A stretch of DNA of 63,896 nucleotides, the filler included, from Reticulomyxa filosa (Eukaryota > Protista > Foraminifera), in NCBI GenBank assembly GCA_000512085.1. It is 17 parts of 17 records of this genome, joined end to end, with 100 filler letters (N's around TTAATTAATTAA, not from the genome) between each part and the next. Parts side by side here need not be neighbours in the genome. Positions count along the whole stretch, not along the records: positions 48,598 to 56,265 come from ASPP01023550.1; positions 56,366 to 60,372 come from ASPP01037997.1; positions 60,473 to 61,606 come from ASPP01028733.1; positions 61,707 to 62,785 come from ASPP01013163.1; positions 62,886 to 63,896 come from ASPP01005352.1; 12 more parts are not named here. One strand, written 5' to 3'. A program made the position numbers and the translations under genes. This document shows positions 53,397 through 63,896 of the stretch, piece by piece. Each line of letters begins with the position of its first letter. The stretch's first letter is position 1. The notes below the pieces were generated by a model. That model worked only from the letters and a program-made list of their open reading frames with translations, was not told the origin of the DNA and made no database searches.

Positions 53397-54297
53397 TCAG
53401 TCTTTACCCTTCACTTTCAACAAAGACTTGACTGTGTTCATATTTTCATTGAGTTCCGCCTTTGCTTTGAACCTGTTTTTTTTTGCGTCAGGCAGCATGT
53501 TGTGCCGCACTGACAGCCATAAAATATTTTGGATTAAATAGAAATCTTTCAATTTTCTTTGAATGTTCTCTCTAAATAATATCTCGATATTGTTCAAGTC
53601 CCAAAAATGGATATCCCCATTTTCAGGAACGCATACAAAAGAGTTATCAGGAGTGAATATGCCATAGCTGTCTTTATTTTTGCTACTATCAAACGACTCC
53701 AACGTACGTATCGCACTGCCCTCAAAAGCGTCCACTAAGATAAGCATATTTGCGCGAGTGGAGATCAATATTTGTTTGCCATCGGGAGAAGATTCTAAAT
53801 TGCTCCATTCATATCTCTGAATCCCTAGTATATTTGTGGGATGACTTGTATCATTTTCGTTTGCGCCATGGCCATTGTGGGTTATAAGCGTTTGTTCACC
53901 GCGACCATAACTCTGTTCGGTTGGGAAGTCACTCAACGTCTGAAAGGGACCACTTTTGTATTACCGACTATCATATCATATAACTTTAATTCGTTTTTCC
54001 CTGTTCCAATGGCAAATACCAACCCTTCCCGGTCGTATGTGCAGAAACTTCCAGTTTGGCTATGCAATCGCTTCGTCATCAAATCTCAAAACCGAACACT
54101 TTTGTCAAATGAACAGGACATAATTGGTCTGACAACTGGTGTATATTCACGTGTGTTATCTTTTCCATGTGTCCAAGTACACACATTGTTATGATGAGTT
54201 CCACCGTTGGCGGATTCAGAAACGCTTTGCTTATACCAAATGCCTTGTTCACGTTCTCATTCAAGGTGACAGATTTTGTCTTGTTAGATTGTGCCAT
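53397..54297 (-). pseudogene. WDR82: WDR82/Swd2 pseudogene, intronless, with internal deletion and frameshifts
   Basis: VTLNENVNKAFGISKAF; SCSFDKSVRF; YDREGLVFAIG; EWSNLESSPDGKQILIST…LVDAFEG…FTPDNSFV…GDIHFW, spread over three frames. Confidence 0.75.
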
Positions 54298-54796
54298 TTT
54301 TTATAATGTAGCTTAGCTTAATTTGAGATGGTGTGAAAAGTGCAAAACGTAAGACCTTTCACAGAACAACAGTAATAAAATCAATTGCAAGGGCCGCTGC
54401 AACACAATGGCAACAACAATAACGAGACAAAAGTCTATTCTTGTCTAAAAGTGTATTTTTCATCCTTCCAAGAAAGGCAAAGTGTTAATGTTGTAATAGC
54501 GTTTCAACACAAGAATTTTGCGCATTGTGGTACTTTAGAGATAAAAAGGTCAAAAACAACTTGTTTTCGGCAAAAAAAGAAAATTTGTTGACTTTTTCAT
54601 TGGAAACGAGACATCCAGCTCGAACGGATTATTTCAAGGATGTTTATTGTCCATATTTATTTCTGTCTCACGTAAAAATGTTCTTGAGCAAGTTTTTTTA
54701 GTGAAGTCTAACGAAACCTCCTTGATTGGTCTAATAGAAAAAGTTCACATTTTTCGGCAAACAGCGTTTGAGACAATATTTAAAAAAGTTAGAAGA

Positions 54797-55180
54797 ATGA
54801 CTACCCAAAACAATGAAAAACAAACATCGATGCAATTAACATTAGTAAACTTTGTTTCAATGTTTCAAAGCTAGTTGTCACTGTGTTTTTACTGTGTTTA
54901 TTGTATATGATTATCACGTAATCAGTCAGAAGAAGAAGAGATACAATTTATTGTTCAATATTGGGTTCGGATATTAAACGTTAAATTAGGATGGATTCAA
55001 GATTTTGACAAACTTGTTACCAATTATGTTAGGTTTTTTTGTTAAATGTGTATTTGTTGTTATTTACATAATCATTATTTTGCACAGGCAGCTAACTTTT
55101 TCATACTTGACACATTTCGTTTAGCGTCCAAATTAATCAAAACATTCATTGGGCACCCAAGTATAAACACGTACTTATAG
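54797..55180 (+). pseudogene. Truncated 5' end of a WD40-family gene
   Basis: Exons MTTQNNEKQTS…, SEEEEIQFIVQYWVRILNVKLGWIQDFDKLVTNY (54926-55027), AANFFILDTFRLASKLIKTFIGH, then similarity to the 36046 paralog ends. Confidence 0.65.
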
Positions 55181-55644
55181 AGCTATACTTTAACTTCTCT
55201 CCTGTTACCTCTGCAACACCATAAACTGTTTAAAACACGTTTTAACACATTCGAAAAAGAAATTTTATGCTGTACTATTTTCCTCTGATTCATATAGAAA
55301 ATAATAAATTCAATAAAAACAGACTTCACAGTGTATAGCAATTGAATAAGACAGTATCACTTAAATGTCAACACACATTAAAAATAATTCAATAGTTACC
55401 TGATTATTTATAGGCGTAAATTATTTTTTATTTGATATTTCCTATATTGTTTTCAAATTTTACATTGTCAAAAATTTGTTTAATAAAGTCAAAAAAAAAT
55501 TACGTGCGATGAACAATAAAAAATTATTATAACTGTTTTTTTTTTTTTATGTCACTACAAATTTCTTGTATTTCAAAGTACTTCGATGCCTTTTTTAAAG
55601 AAAAAGGATTATATATTCAAATCACACTAGATTGTAAAAAACAA

Positions 55645-56265
55645 TTACTGTTCGGTATAAGTTCCCATCATTTGATGTTTTTTTTCAAAAGCTTTGTAAA
55701 ATTTTTTCTCGCATTCAAATCTCAAATACGTCAAATTTTCATTAACAACATTATACAAAACTCGTTCCATGAGAATATCTACAATTTCTTTTGTGCTAAT
55801 GTGTCGTTTTATTGCATTTGGGATCAAGTGTTGATTTTTGTGTAACGATTGAGATTTGTTGTCCTTGTTCAAATTGGCTCTGTGTTGTTGTAGGAGGAGT
55901 TTGATTTTGGGTAATACATTGGTTTTCATCGTACGTTTCAGCAAATCGACACATGTACTGCAGACCAGCCCAACAGTTGATTGATACAATATTTCAAAAG
56001 CAGCCTCACTCAAATCAAAAATGAGCATATCAATAGGTTTTTTCCATGCTTTAATGAAGTGTATCCGATACTCTTGAACTGTTTTGGGTCTGCTATTTTC
56101 AAACGCAAAATCGGCAATCATTAAAGACAACGCATTGCAGCACAGCTGTGCAATTGTGTTGATACCTTCCATTAGTGGTGTGTAAATCCATTCGCTGTAC
56201 TTTCCAAATCGTAGCTTACTTCGTTGAATCAAATCATCACAAATCCAGGACATGTTATACCCACT
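55645..56265 (-). CDS. 3' end of a helical hypothetical protein (weak resemblance to Niban/FAM129-type bundles)
   Basis: Frame of over 200 codons open from the contig edge to the stop; family call is weak. Confidence 0.5.
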   Translation of the reverse strand, partial: SGYNMSWICDDLIQRSKLRFGKYSEWIYTPLMEGINTIAQLCCNALSLMIADFAFENSRPKTVQEYRIHFIKAWKKPIDMLIFDLSEAAFEILYQSTVGLVCSTCVDLLKRTMKTNVLPKIKLLLQQHRANLNKDNKSQSLHKNQHLIPNAIKRHISTKEIVDILMERVLYNVVNENLTYLRFECEKKFYKAFEKKHQMMGTYTEQ

Positions 56266-56369
56266 NNNNNNNNNNNNNNNNNNNNNNNNNNNNNNNNNNN
56301 NNNNNNNNNTTAATTAATTAANNNNNNNNNNNNNNNNNNNNNNNNNNNNNNNNNNNNNNNNNNNNTATA

Positions 56370-59300
56370 TCTCTGAGTTCTGACTACGTACTCCGACGAC
56401 AACTAAATACCAATGGCTGGGACAAAGCTTCGTATGGTTTCAACCAACGTATTACCTGCAGCTGCTCGTGCAACTTCTACATGAAAATGTAGTGACTTCC
56501 TTATATTTTTAATTCTCACAGTGATCATCGTTATTGCCAATTTAATATGTTTGTATAATTGGATCGTCGAAATCAATAAGATTTGAATGAGATCATACGA
56601 TTACAGATATTCTTTAGTTGCGGTTGCATTTTTGATCCTTCTTATTATCATTATCCTTTCAGTCACTATCGGAGGTTGTGTTGGGTGTATAAAAATTCGA
56701 GCATTTTCTGTAGCTTTTGGATAATATTTGTTATCTTTTTTGCTATCGCTATTGCTATTGCTACGGATATTTTTTAAATTTGTTTTGCAAACAATCATCG
56801 TGATCCGTTTTATATGCCACGATAAAAAATATTCACAATTGTTTAACACATTAAAAAGTAACGCCGAAGTAAAATTTTATTTTCTGAAATACAATCCAAA
56901 AAATAATGGCAAATTTTACAAATCGTTACTTCAAGTTCTTCACAGTCACAAATCTACACCGCAGCCAGAATACAACATTGCCCAATTTCAACATCATTTT
57001 AATTTATAGTCGTGGATTTTGTAGTACAAGTAGTTATCTTCGCCTGGCTCGATAAAAAAACAAATTGAATAAACATCAAAAGAGACCAAACAAGACAACG
57101 AGATGAGATAGAAGTTGGCCAGAAAAAAAAGACAAACTATTCCACTAGTTTAAAGTCACAAATTCATACAACGTCACTCCTTCATTGTATACCTTGATCT
57201 ACAATAATTACTATCTTTGATTTTTAATGTTGGAGGATTGATTGTTTGTCTTTTATTCTTGTTGATTAACGCATAATGATATTTAAAAAAAAGCGAAAAT
57301 TTTTATTAAAGAGAAATGAGTTATCTTTATTAGATGTCATTTTACATTGCACCTTTTTTCTTATTCTATTATCTTATCAATTCTAAAAACACTTCGATTT
57401 AGAACTTGATGTTATCAAAGTGAACAAACAGGTACTTAAAAAATTTAGAGTTTTTTTGCAGAAACGGGGAAATGATCTTTTTTTTGACAAGACTTGCTTC
57501 TTTCTGGTTGTGACTGATCTTTAGTGTTATTGTGAAGGAAAGTTTGCTTCTAAAAACAAATGTTCAGTATTCAAAAACAAGAAAGAGACTGGAGTGAAGA
57601 TGTATGGCGTCGACTGTGGTCGTACTTGAAAATACTATATTCTGAGGTATTTTTTGCAGCATCAGTCTCGACAGTATGTTCGTTTTTGTCAACTGCTGAG
57701 GGAGTAAAGGTTTAGCTACTTTTGGAGTGCATAACCAAGAGTTAGACATATTGCGGCCACATAACCGACCAACCCTCCAATTGGACACAAATAATTTTTA
57801 CCACAGCGTATGCCAACCTACACTATTGAATGCATAACATAGTATTTGTGGATATTTTTCTTCTCTCTCTCTCTCTCTCTCTATCTCACGATTCGATTCC
57901 AGTATCAATGGCCGATACAAAGCTGCGCAAGGCTTCGAACATACAGACTCCTTGCAGCTGCATGTGCAATTTCTACTTGAAATTGCACGACTTCAGTTCG
58001 TAACATACTCATGGCAGAGGTTCTCGTGATCACCAGCTCGTTGTTTTTTAGGCTAGATGGTGTGATCAGGAATTAGCATTTGTATCTGGTGAAATATGGC
58101 ATTCTTGTATATATAACTACGCGACAGAGGGATGATGATCTTGCGCTACGTATCGTCGAGACACATGGAGACGACGTCAGTGCAGAGCTGATTACCAAAG
58201 ACTCTGAGGCAAATGAAATCGACCACCTTTTTACCCAACTCCACAGCAATCCCATGTGTCAAAAATCTTATAGTGGACTGAGAGAATATCCATCTCAATG
58301 TAGAACTGACTCAGGGGTTTTGTAGTCACTTCATGCTGCTCTATATTTGTGCTTCCTTGTCCTTATTATCCTTTTCATCACATATGGTGGAGTTCTGCCG
58401 TGTATCAAAATAACAAAACTTAGTTTCGTTTTCTTTGGATGTTGGCTGTTTTTTTGTTGGAGGTTTTGTACTGCTATCGTGATCACTTCTAAGCTTTTAT
58501 AAGGATACGATTGCAGGGATTAATAAAAAAATTATATACTGGAACACAATAATTGTAAATGCAAAACATAACATCAAATTAGGCCCAAATATAGTTCTAA
58601 ACATTATCAAAAAACAATGGCAAATTTCACTATAAAGTGTCAACTTTTTCCAAGAATTTTTAAAGTAAGCAAGAAATCGAAAAATTTGAAAAGTTTTCTA
58701 AAGAAATAATAAAAGATTAAAATTTTTAAAAGATGGAATCATTCCAAACGATATTTAAAAACTGCACATACACTCCTAAAAAAAAATACTTGAATTATAC
58801 GTTTGTTTTTTTTGTTCTACTATATCCCTCACCAATTTGAAAAAAATTAAAAACTTGATTGCACAAACAAGATAGACATTACTGGATTTCGACTCTTGTC
58901 ATGATATACAATTCTTCATGATCGTGCAAGGCCATGTATTGTGAGAGGAGATTTCATGTGGAGTCGAATTATAAAATAATGAAAATATCCAAAGCTACTA
59001 CTAGAACCTCGATCAAATACATATACTCTGGCAATGTGGATTAGCGGCGATATCCTCATCAAATGCTCGTTGTTTGTGACATTGAAAATAGTGTGATTAT
59101 TGACATAGCTTTTCCTTGTAATCTTATGGATAGCATGTGCAATAGTGTTAAGTGTGGTCGAGATTGTCCTTGACATTGTATACAATCGCAAGCGTAAAAC
59201 GACTCGCATTGTGTTTGTCATTAGCAGTTGGACAGTCACCTTGCTCAAAGGAATTGTCAGTTTTGTCGCTGTAATGTATCTAGTCTTTGGATGCGTACTC

Positions 59301-59830
59301 CAATAGCAGACAAATACCAATGGATGGAACAAAAGCTGTGCAAGGCTTCAAACTGCAGACTCCTTGCAGCTGCACGTGCAATTTATACTTCAACTTGCAT
59401 TTGATTGTGGAAACGATTCTCATGGTCACTAACTTGTCGTTTTTGGTTGAATGGTGGCTGATGATGTGATCAAGAATTAATATTTATATTTGATAAAATG
59501 TAACATTTCTGTACATATAATTGCGCAACAGAGGGACGACGACCCTGCACTAAGTATCGTAGAGCACATGGATTATGTGCATGGAGACAACTCGAATGCA
59601 TAACTAAAATGCAAAGAACTCGACACCACCATCGTCGATTATGTCTCTACCAGGATCACTTCGACTCCACATGTCATCATCTCGCAACCAATCGAGCCAG
59701 TATTCGTCGCGGCACGACAACATCAAGACCAAGCGTAGGTCAATATTGTCAACCTCTCAGAAATTGGAATGAGATCATTCGAAGGACCCGTTTTGCTTTC
59801 ATCTTCTTTCTTTGTGGGATCACTCAATTA
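56370..59830 (+). repeat. Three diverged tandem copies (period about 1.4-1.5 kb) of a decayed gene with a CSCxCN motif
   Basis: Homologous cores at about 56410-56490, 57905-57990 and 59315-59400 (tgcagctgc.cgtgcaa…); copies 2 and 3 also share acagagggaYgaYgaYc.tgc.cta.gtatcgt (about 58124 and 59528). Confidence 0.75.
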
Positions 59831-61283
59831 CGATTGACTTTATTTTTTTGTTCAGTATTGTCTATAATTACAAACAGTCCCGCGTTGCAATCCTATATTT
59901 GGACTTTATTATCCTCTGTTTTCTCTTTGCCACTTTTAGTCGATACATTGAGTATAAAAATATGCCACTTCAATTTTTCATCACGCTGTTGCCTATTAAT
60001 GTAATCTTTTTTTGCTGTCATCGTTGCTTTCATTTCAAAGTTTTTATAAGTATACGTTACTGGATATGTATGTACTACTGTGATTTGCTTTTGTTTTTTT
60101 TTTCTATTCTTCTTCTGGCTTCACAATCTGTAAAAGTAATCTTTTTGTCACTTTTTTTGCAAATAACGATTGTATGATCTTCTTCTTTTCTTCATTTGTG
60201 GTTCCATTGCCTGGTTCACTATCATCTCCACTTGCAGCCTTATCATATTAAAAAAAAAAAAATTAATTGAAATAATTTGAAAGAAAGACAAAAATAATAA
60301 GTGTTTTTTTAACTTCAATTACTTTGAGCAAATTTTGCTATGTTCAATTTTGAGAACACACGAACAAACAAANNNNNNNNNNNNNNNNNNNNNNNNNNNN
60401 NNNNNNNNNNNNNNNNTTAATTAATTAANNNNNNNNNNNNNNNNNNNNNNNNNNNNNNNNNNNNNNNNNNNNTTTATGATGTTTCGAATGAACAATATGG
60501 AATCAAAGTAAGAATGACCTCTCAAACTAATCAAACGACCACAAGTGGTAGCAAAAGCGAAACCACCAATGAAAGTTGTTGCGTTTTGCTTTAATTTGAT
60601 TGTGTGTGATTTGTTGTTGTTTTTTTTGAAGGGAGAGGTGGGGTTTCGTAGCGATGCAACACTAATTTGTTGAGAAAACTCAATTAAAATCATATGTGCA
60701 CCTATTCTTTTGGTACACCTTCGCTGGACCAAATTTTTTTTATTTTTTTTTATTTTGTCGTTTTGTGACAATAAAACAAATCATTGGAACATGTTCCATA
60801 TTATAAGTAATTGAAATGATCAAAAAAGAGTTCATACAATTTTGACATTATTTTAGAATTTTATTGATGATTGAATCAACCGAATATTTTTTCTGATTTG
60901 AGAGTAACATCAAATTTTTATTATTGGCCACAATATCATCTAGTTGATGTTAAAAGCTCAGCTCAGATTTATAAGAGAAAAATTATACAAAAGTAAACGT
61001 CTAAACAAAAGTAGTGAACATCTCTTTTTTACTTAGTTACTTTTCTTTTCTTTTTTGTTTTTGCTGATATAGTTAAGTTATTAAAAATATTCTCTCTGCT
61101 ATGTTTCTCTAGTTTAAGAATTAATAAGTGACAGGATATTCCAGTTTATTAAAACTACCTAAATACCTTATTTCTATTAGATCTATGGTGTTAGAATTGA
61201 AAACGCAAGATCATGTGTTAAAGAACTCAAGTTGAAAAGCCAAAAAGTTTTCTTTTCTCACCGTCTATATGAAAGGCTTCAAT

Positions 61284-61510
61284 GAATGACAATTCAACTA
61301 CTATTATGTCAAATCAAAGCACTGAAACAGCTTTTACTTCTACTAATGGAGATGCACCTCCAAGGAGCTCCTCTCAACATCTGAAGTCGACAGCAATGCC
61401 ATGAAGAGGGTATGAAAAGTCGTCAGAAGGTGGAGAAATGCACAAAAGTTTTGAAGAGCTGTTAAAATCACCAAACTTTCATGTGGAACGAACAACGATG
61501 CACAATGAAG
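61284..61510 (+). pseudogene. Short stop-interrupted first-exon-like remnant
   Basis: MNDNSTTIMSNQS…TAMP*RGYEKSSEGG…MHNE followed by GT. Confidence 0.25.
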
Positions 61511-61770
61511 TTAAACCTTTTTCTTCACTTCTCCCTGTTTAAAGAAAAGGAAAAAGTAGTATCATGCGCACGTCACACCATCGCATATAACATTGAACGA
61601 TAGTGGNNNNNNNNNNNNNNNNNNNNNNNNNNNNNNNNNNNNNNNNNNNNTTAATTAATTAANNNNNNNNNNNNNNNNNNNNNNNNNNNNNNNNNNNNNN
61701 NNNNNNTTTTTTTTTTTTTTTAAAAATATTACTTATCTCTTGTCTCACTTGTCAAATTTTTTCAACAACA

Positions 61771-62785
61771 TTGGTATATAGAAAACCAGATGTTCGAATA
61801 TTGAAAGAGATTTTCGAAAAATGGAAAGATTTAAAACGATCCGAAATTGCGGTGATTGGGGACAAAAAGCGAGCGGATATTTTGCTTGCCAAATATGCTA
61901 ATTTACGTAGCGTTTTATTTAAAACCAATTTGTTAAGTTTTTTTTTTTTTTTTTTGGTTAGGATTAGATAGGGGCATGTATCATAATCAGGTGTTTGTGT
62001 ATGCGTGGTTCATAATTTGTGCACGTGTGGCAACAGAAATCGTTCAAAGAGAAGCCAGCGAAAGACAAGTCGCTGCTGAACTTGAGAACATTCCATGTGA
62101 AACATGGTTCTTATGTTGTGAACCAATCTTCTTTTTCCGAAGACATTCCTTCAAAGCTTGGATATTTAACTGCAGACGCTCAAATCACATCTATACGCGA
62201 TTTACCAGGTTTATTTTTCAAAAGGGAAAAAAAATAGACAAATTGAAATGATACGTAGCTATGTGTATATAATAATAATAATTGTTAGCTCACTTCTATT
62301 TGTATGTTTGTATACGTACTTTGTGGAAATCAATTAGATGCATTAAAAAAGTTGAGCAGCGTTCCATACACAATGCGGCCAATTCGAGTGGGGGTATACG
62401 TGATGCCGCACAAGGTGGAAAAGCTGCAGTTGAAAGGAGTGTTTGATGTTGATTATCGCCACGACATTGAATTGCATTTTGTGAACTTGTCTCAAAATTT
62501 GGAAGAGCAAGTTATCTTTGCAAAGAAAAACCAACTTTTTATTTTTTATTTTATTTTATTTTTTTTGTTTGCAACATATCGTCCCAACCCTTTTGGAAAA
62601 AAAAAAAGCAACTATACATGTAGGGTCCATTTGATATCTTAGTGCACAAATTAGGAAGCTGGTATGTTGCTGCGCAAACGCAGCCCGAAGCTTACAAGCA
62701 GCTAAAGGAATGCTTGCACTACATTCGTTCATGTGACACCAACTTGGATTTTAACCAGTGTGTATGTTGGAACCGAAAGGGTTTG
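61771..62785 (+). CDS. HAD-superfamily domain fused to inositol tris/tetrakisphosphate kinase (ITPK1-type) N-terminal domain; partial at both ends
   Basis: HAD: RKPD…IAVIGDKKRADILLAK…SVLF…ADAQITSIRDLP. In-frame introns 62209-62337 and 62511-62623 lead to IRVGVYVMPHKVEKL…VNLSQNLEEQGPFDILVHKL, matching the ITPK1 N-terminal signature (L.RP.EEQGP.DVI.HKL). Confidence 0.8.
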
Positions 62786-62962
62786 NNNNNNNNNNNNNNN
62801 NNNNNNNNNNNNNNNNNNNNNNNNNNNNNTTAATTAATTAANNNNNNNNNNNNNNNNNNNNNNNNNNNNNNNNNNNNNNNNNNNNTTATAATATTATAAT
62901 ATTATATTATATATTATTTATATATTATTTATATATTATTTATATATTATTATATTTTATAG

Positions 62963-63289
62963 AAAGAAAGACAACTTTTTCAAGATATTAAAAAACGTAA
63001 AGATAAATCATTTGAAAATTTTATTAATAATTGGGATAATTTATTACAAAATCATATTTATACTAAACATATGCAATGTCCAAAATGTAATAAATTGAAT
63101 TTATTTAATGGTAAAGTAGGAAATTATATATATAAATGTGGTTCATGTCATTGTTATCAATTTAAAATTGAATTTCAACATCAAGATTCTGTTCGTTTTG
63201 CTTATCGAAAAAAGGCATTAGAAGAATTTATTAAAAAAGAGAAACAAAACAATAATCAATTATCAGATATTATTAATTTATGTGATTAA
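62963..63289 (+). CDS. Last exon of a hypothetical protein with a CxxC…CxxC zinc ribbon
   Basis: AG acceptor after an AT microsatellite; open frame containing CPKC…CGSC. Confidence 0.5.
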   Translation, partial: KERQLFQDIKKRKDKSFENFINNWDNLLQNHIYTKHMQCPKCNKLNLFNGKVGNYIYKCGSCHCYQFKIEFQHQDSVRFAYRKKALEEFIKKEKQNNNQLSDIINLCD

Positions 63290-63293
63290 AAAA

Positions 63294-63824
63294 TTATGTT
63301 GTTGTATTCATTGTTTTTGAATTTGTAATATGTTCTTTTATCATTGTTCTTCCTTTTTTTGTTACTACAATTGCAGAATCTTCTATTTTACTCCATAATA
63401 AATGAGAACGTAAAATATCATCATTACTATTATTATTATTATTATCTTGAAAATGTACACTTAATAAATCATCTCCCATTTCTATAATATCATTAATAGT
63501 AAAACATTTTGTACTTGCAAATTTATATATATCTTGATTCCATCCATATTTTTTTAAAACTAAATAATATCTTGATAATAATACAAATTCATTTCCTTCT
63601 TGAAGTTTTTCCATTTCTTTTATAAATCCAGTAATTTCTTCTATTAATATTGATATTCTTTTATTAAATTCTTCTTCATCTTCTTTATTTTTATTTTTAT
63701 CTGATTCAATTTTATGTGATATGTGACCATAAGTATTAACAAAAATATCAATGGAACGAATAATATTTTGAATAGAATCAGGAGCACCTTTTTCTGCAAG
63801 AAGTTCAGATCTTTTTTCAATCAA
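63294..63824 (-). CDS. Last exon of a hypothetical AT-rich gene
   Basis: 176-codon open frame in very AT-rich DNA, beginning right after an AG acceptor. Confidence 0.55.
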   Translation of the reverse strand: MIEKRSELLAEKGAPDSIQNIIRSIDIFVNTYGHISHKIESDKNKNKEDEEEFNKRISILIEEITGFIKEMEKLQEGNEFVLLSRYYLVLKKYGWNQDIYKFASTKCFTINDIIEMGDDLLSVHFQDNNNNNSNDDILRSHLLWSKIEDSAIVVTKKGRTMIKEHITNSKTMNTTT

Positions 63825-63896
63825 CTAATATACATATATACATATACATATATATTATTATTATTATTATTATATGACAGTTATTATATATATATA

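Noticed and set aside
9490-62885. Regularly recurring TTAATTAATTAA palindrome as a biological repeat or CRISPR-like element
   Set aside because: Always centred in exactly 44+44 Ns; an artificial concatenation linker. Cross-contig gene clusters are therefore meaningless.
1-63896. tRNA, rRNA or snRNA genes
   Set aside because: None recognised by eye; a covariance-model scan would be needed to exclude them.

Overview
This is not one contiguous locus. It is 17 AT-rich eukaryotic contigs joined by 16 identical artificial 100-nt spacers (N44-TTAATTAATTAA-N44), so neighbourhood only has meaning within a contig. Genes have short GT-AG introns (about 60-150 nt). A divergent alpha-tubulin, expanded zinc-finger/WD40 and Kelch/WD40 families, many pseudogenes and Asn/Asp microsatellite exons suggest a foraminiferan (Rhizaria) such as Reticulomyxa filosa; this is inference. 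Recognisable genes: TPR/coiled-coil protein spliced in frame to a PP2A B56 domain, a divergent serpin with a mitochondrial-type leader, a bacterial-type SDR with two introns, probable NAC-beta 3' end, coiled-coil/Yippee protein, CSN3, NAD kinase, PRP38, an STE20-type pseudokinase, a Sin3-type PAH protein, alpha-tubulin, a CAP_C-like beta-helix protein, Gemin5 and a HAD-ITPK fusion. There are decayed copies of DOCK, WDR82 and WD40 genes. The best leads are the HAD-ITPK1 fusion, the serpin, the TPR-B56 fusion and introns with A-rich rather than pyrimidine-rich 3' ends. All family calls rest on motif recognition by eye; no searches were run.
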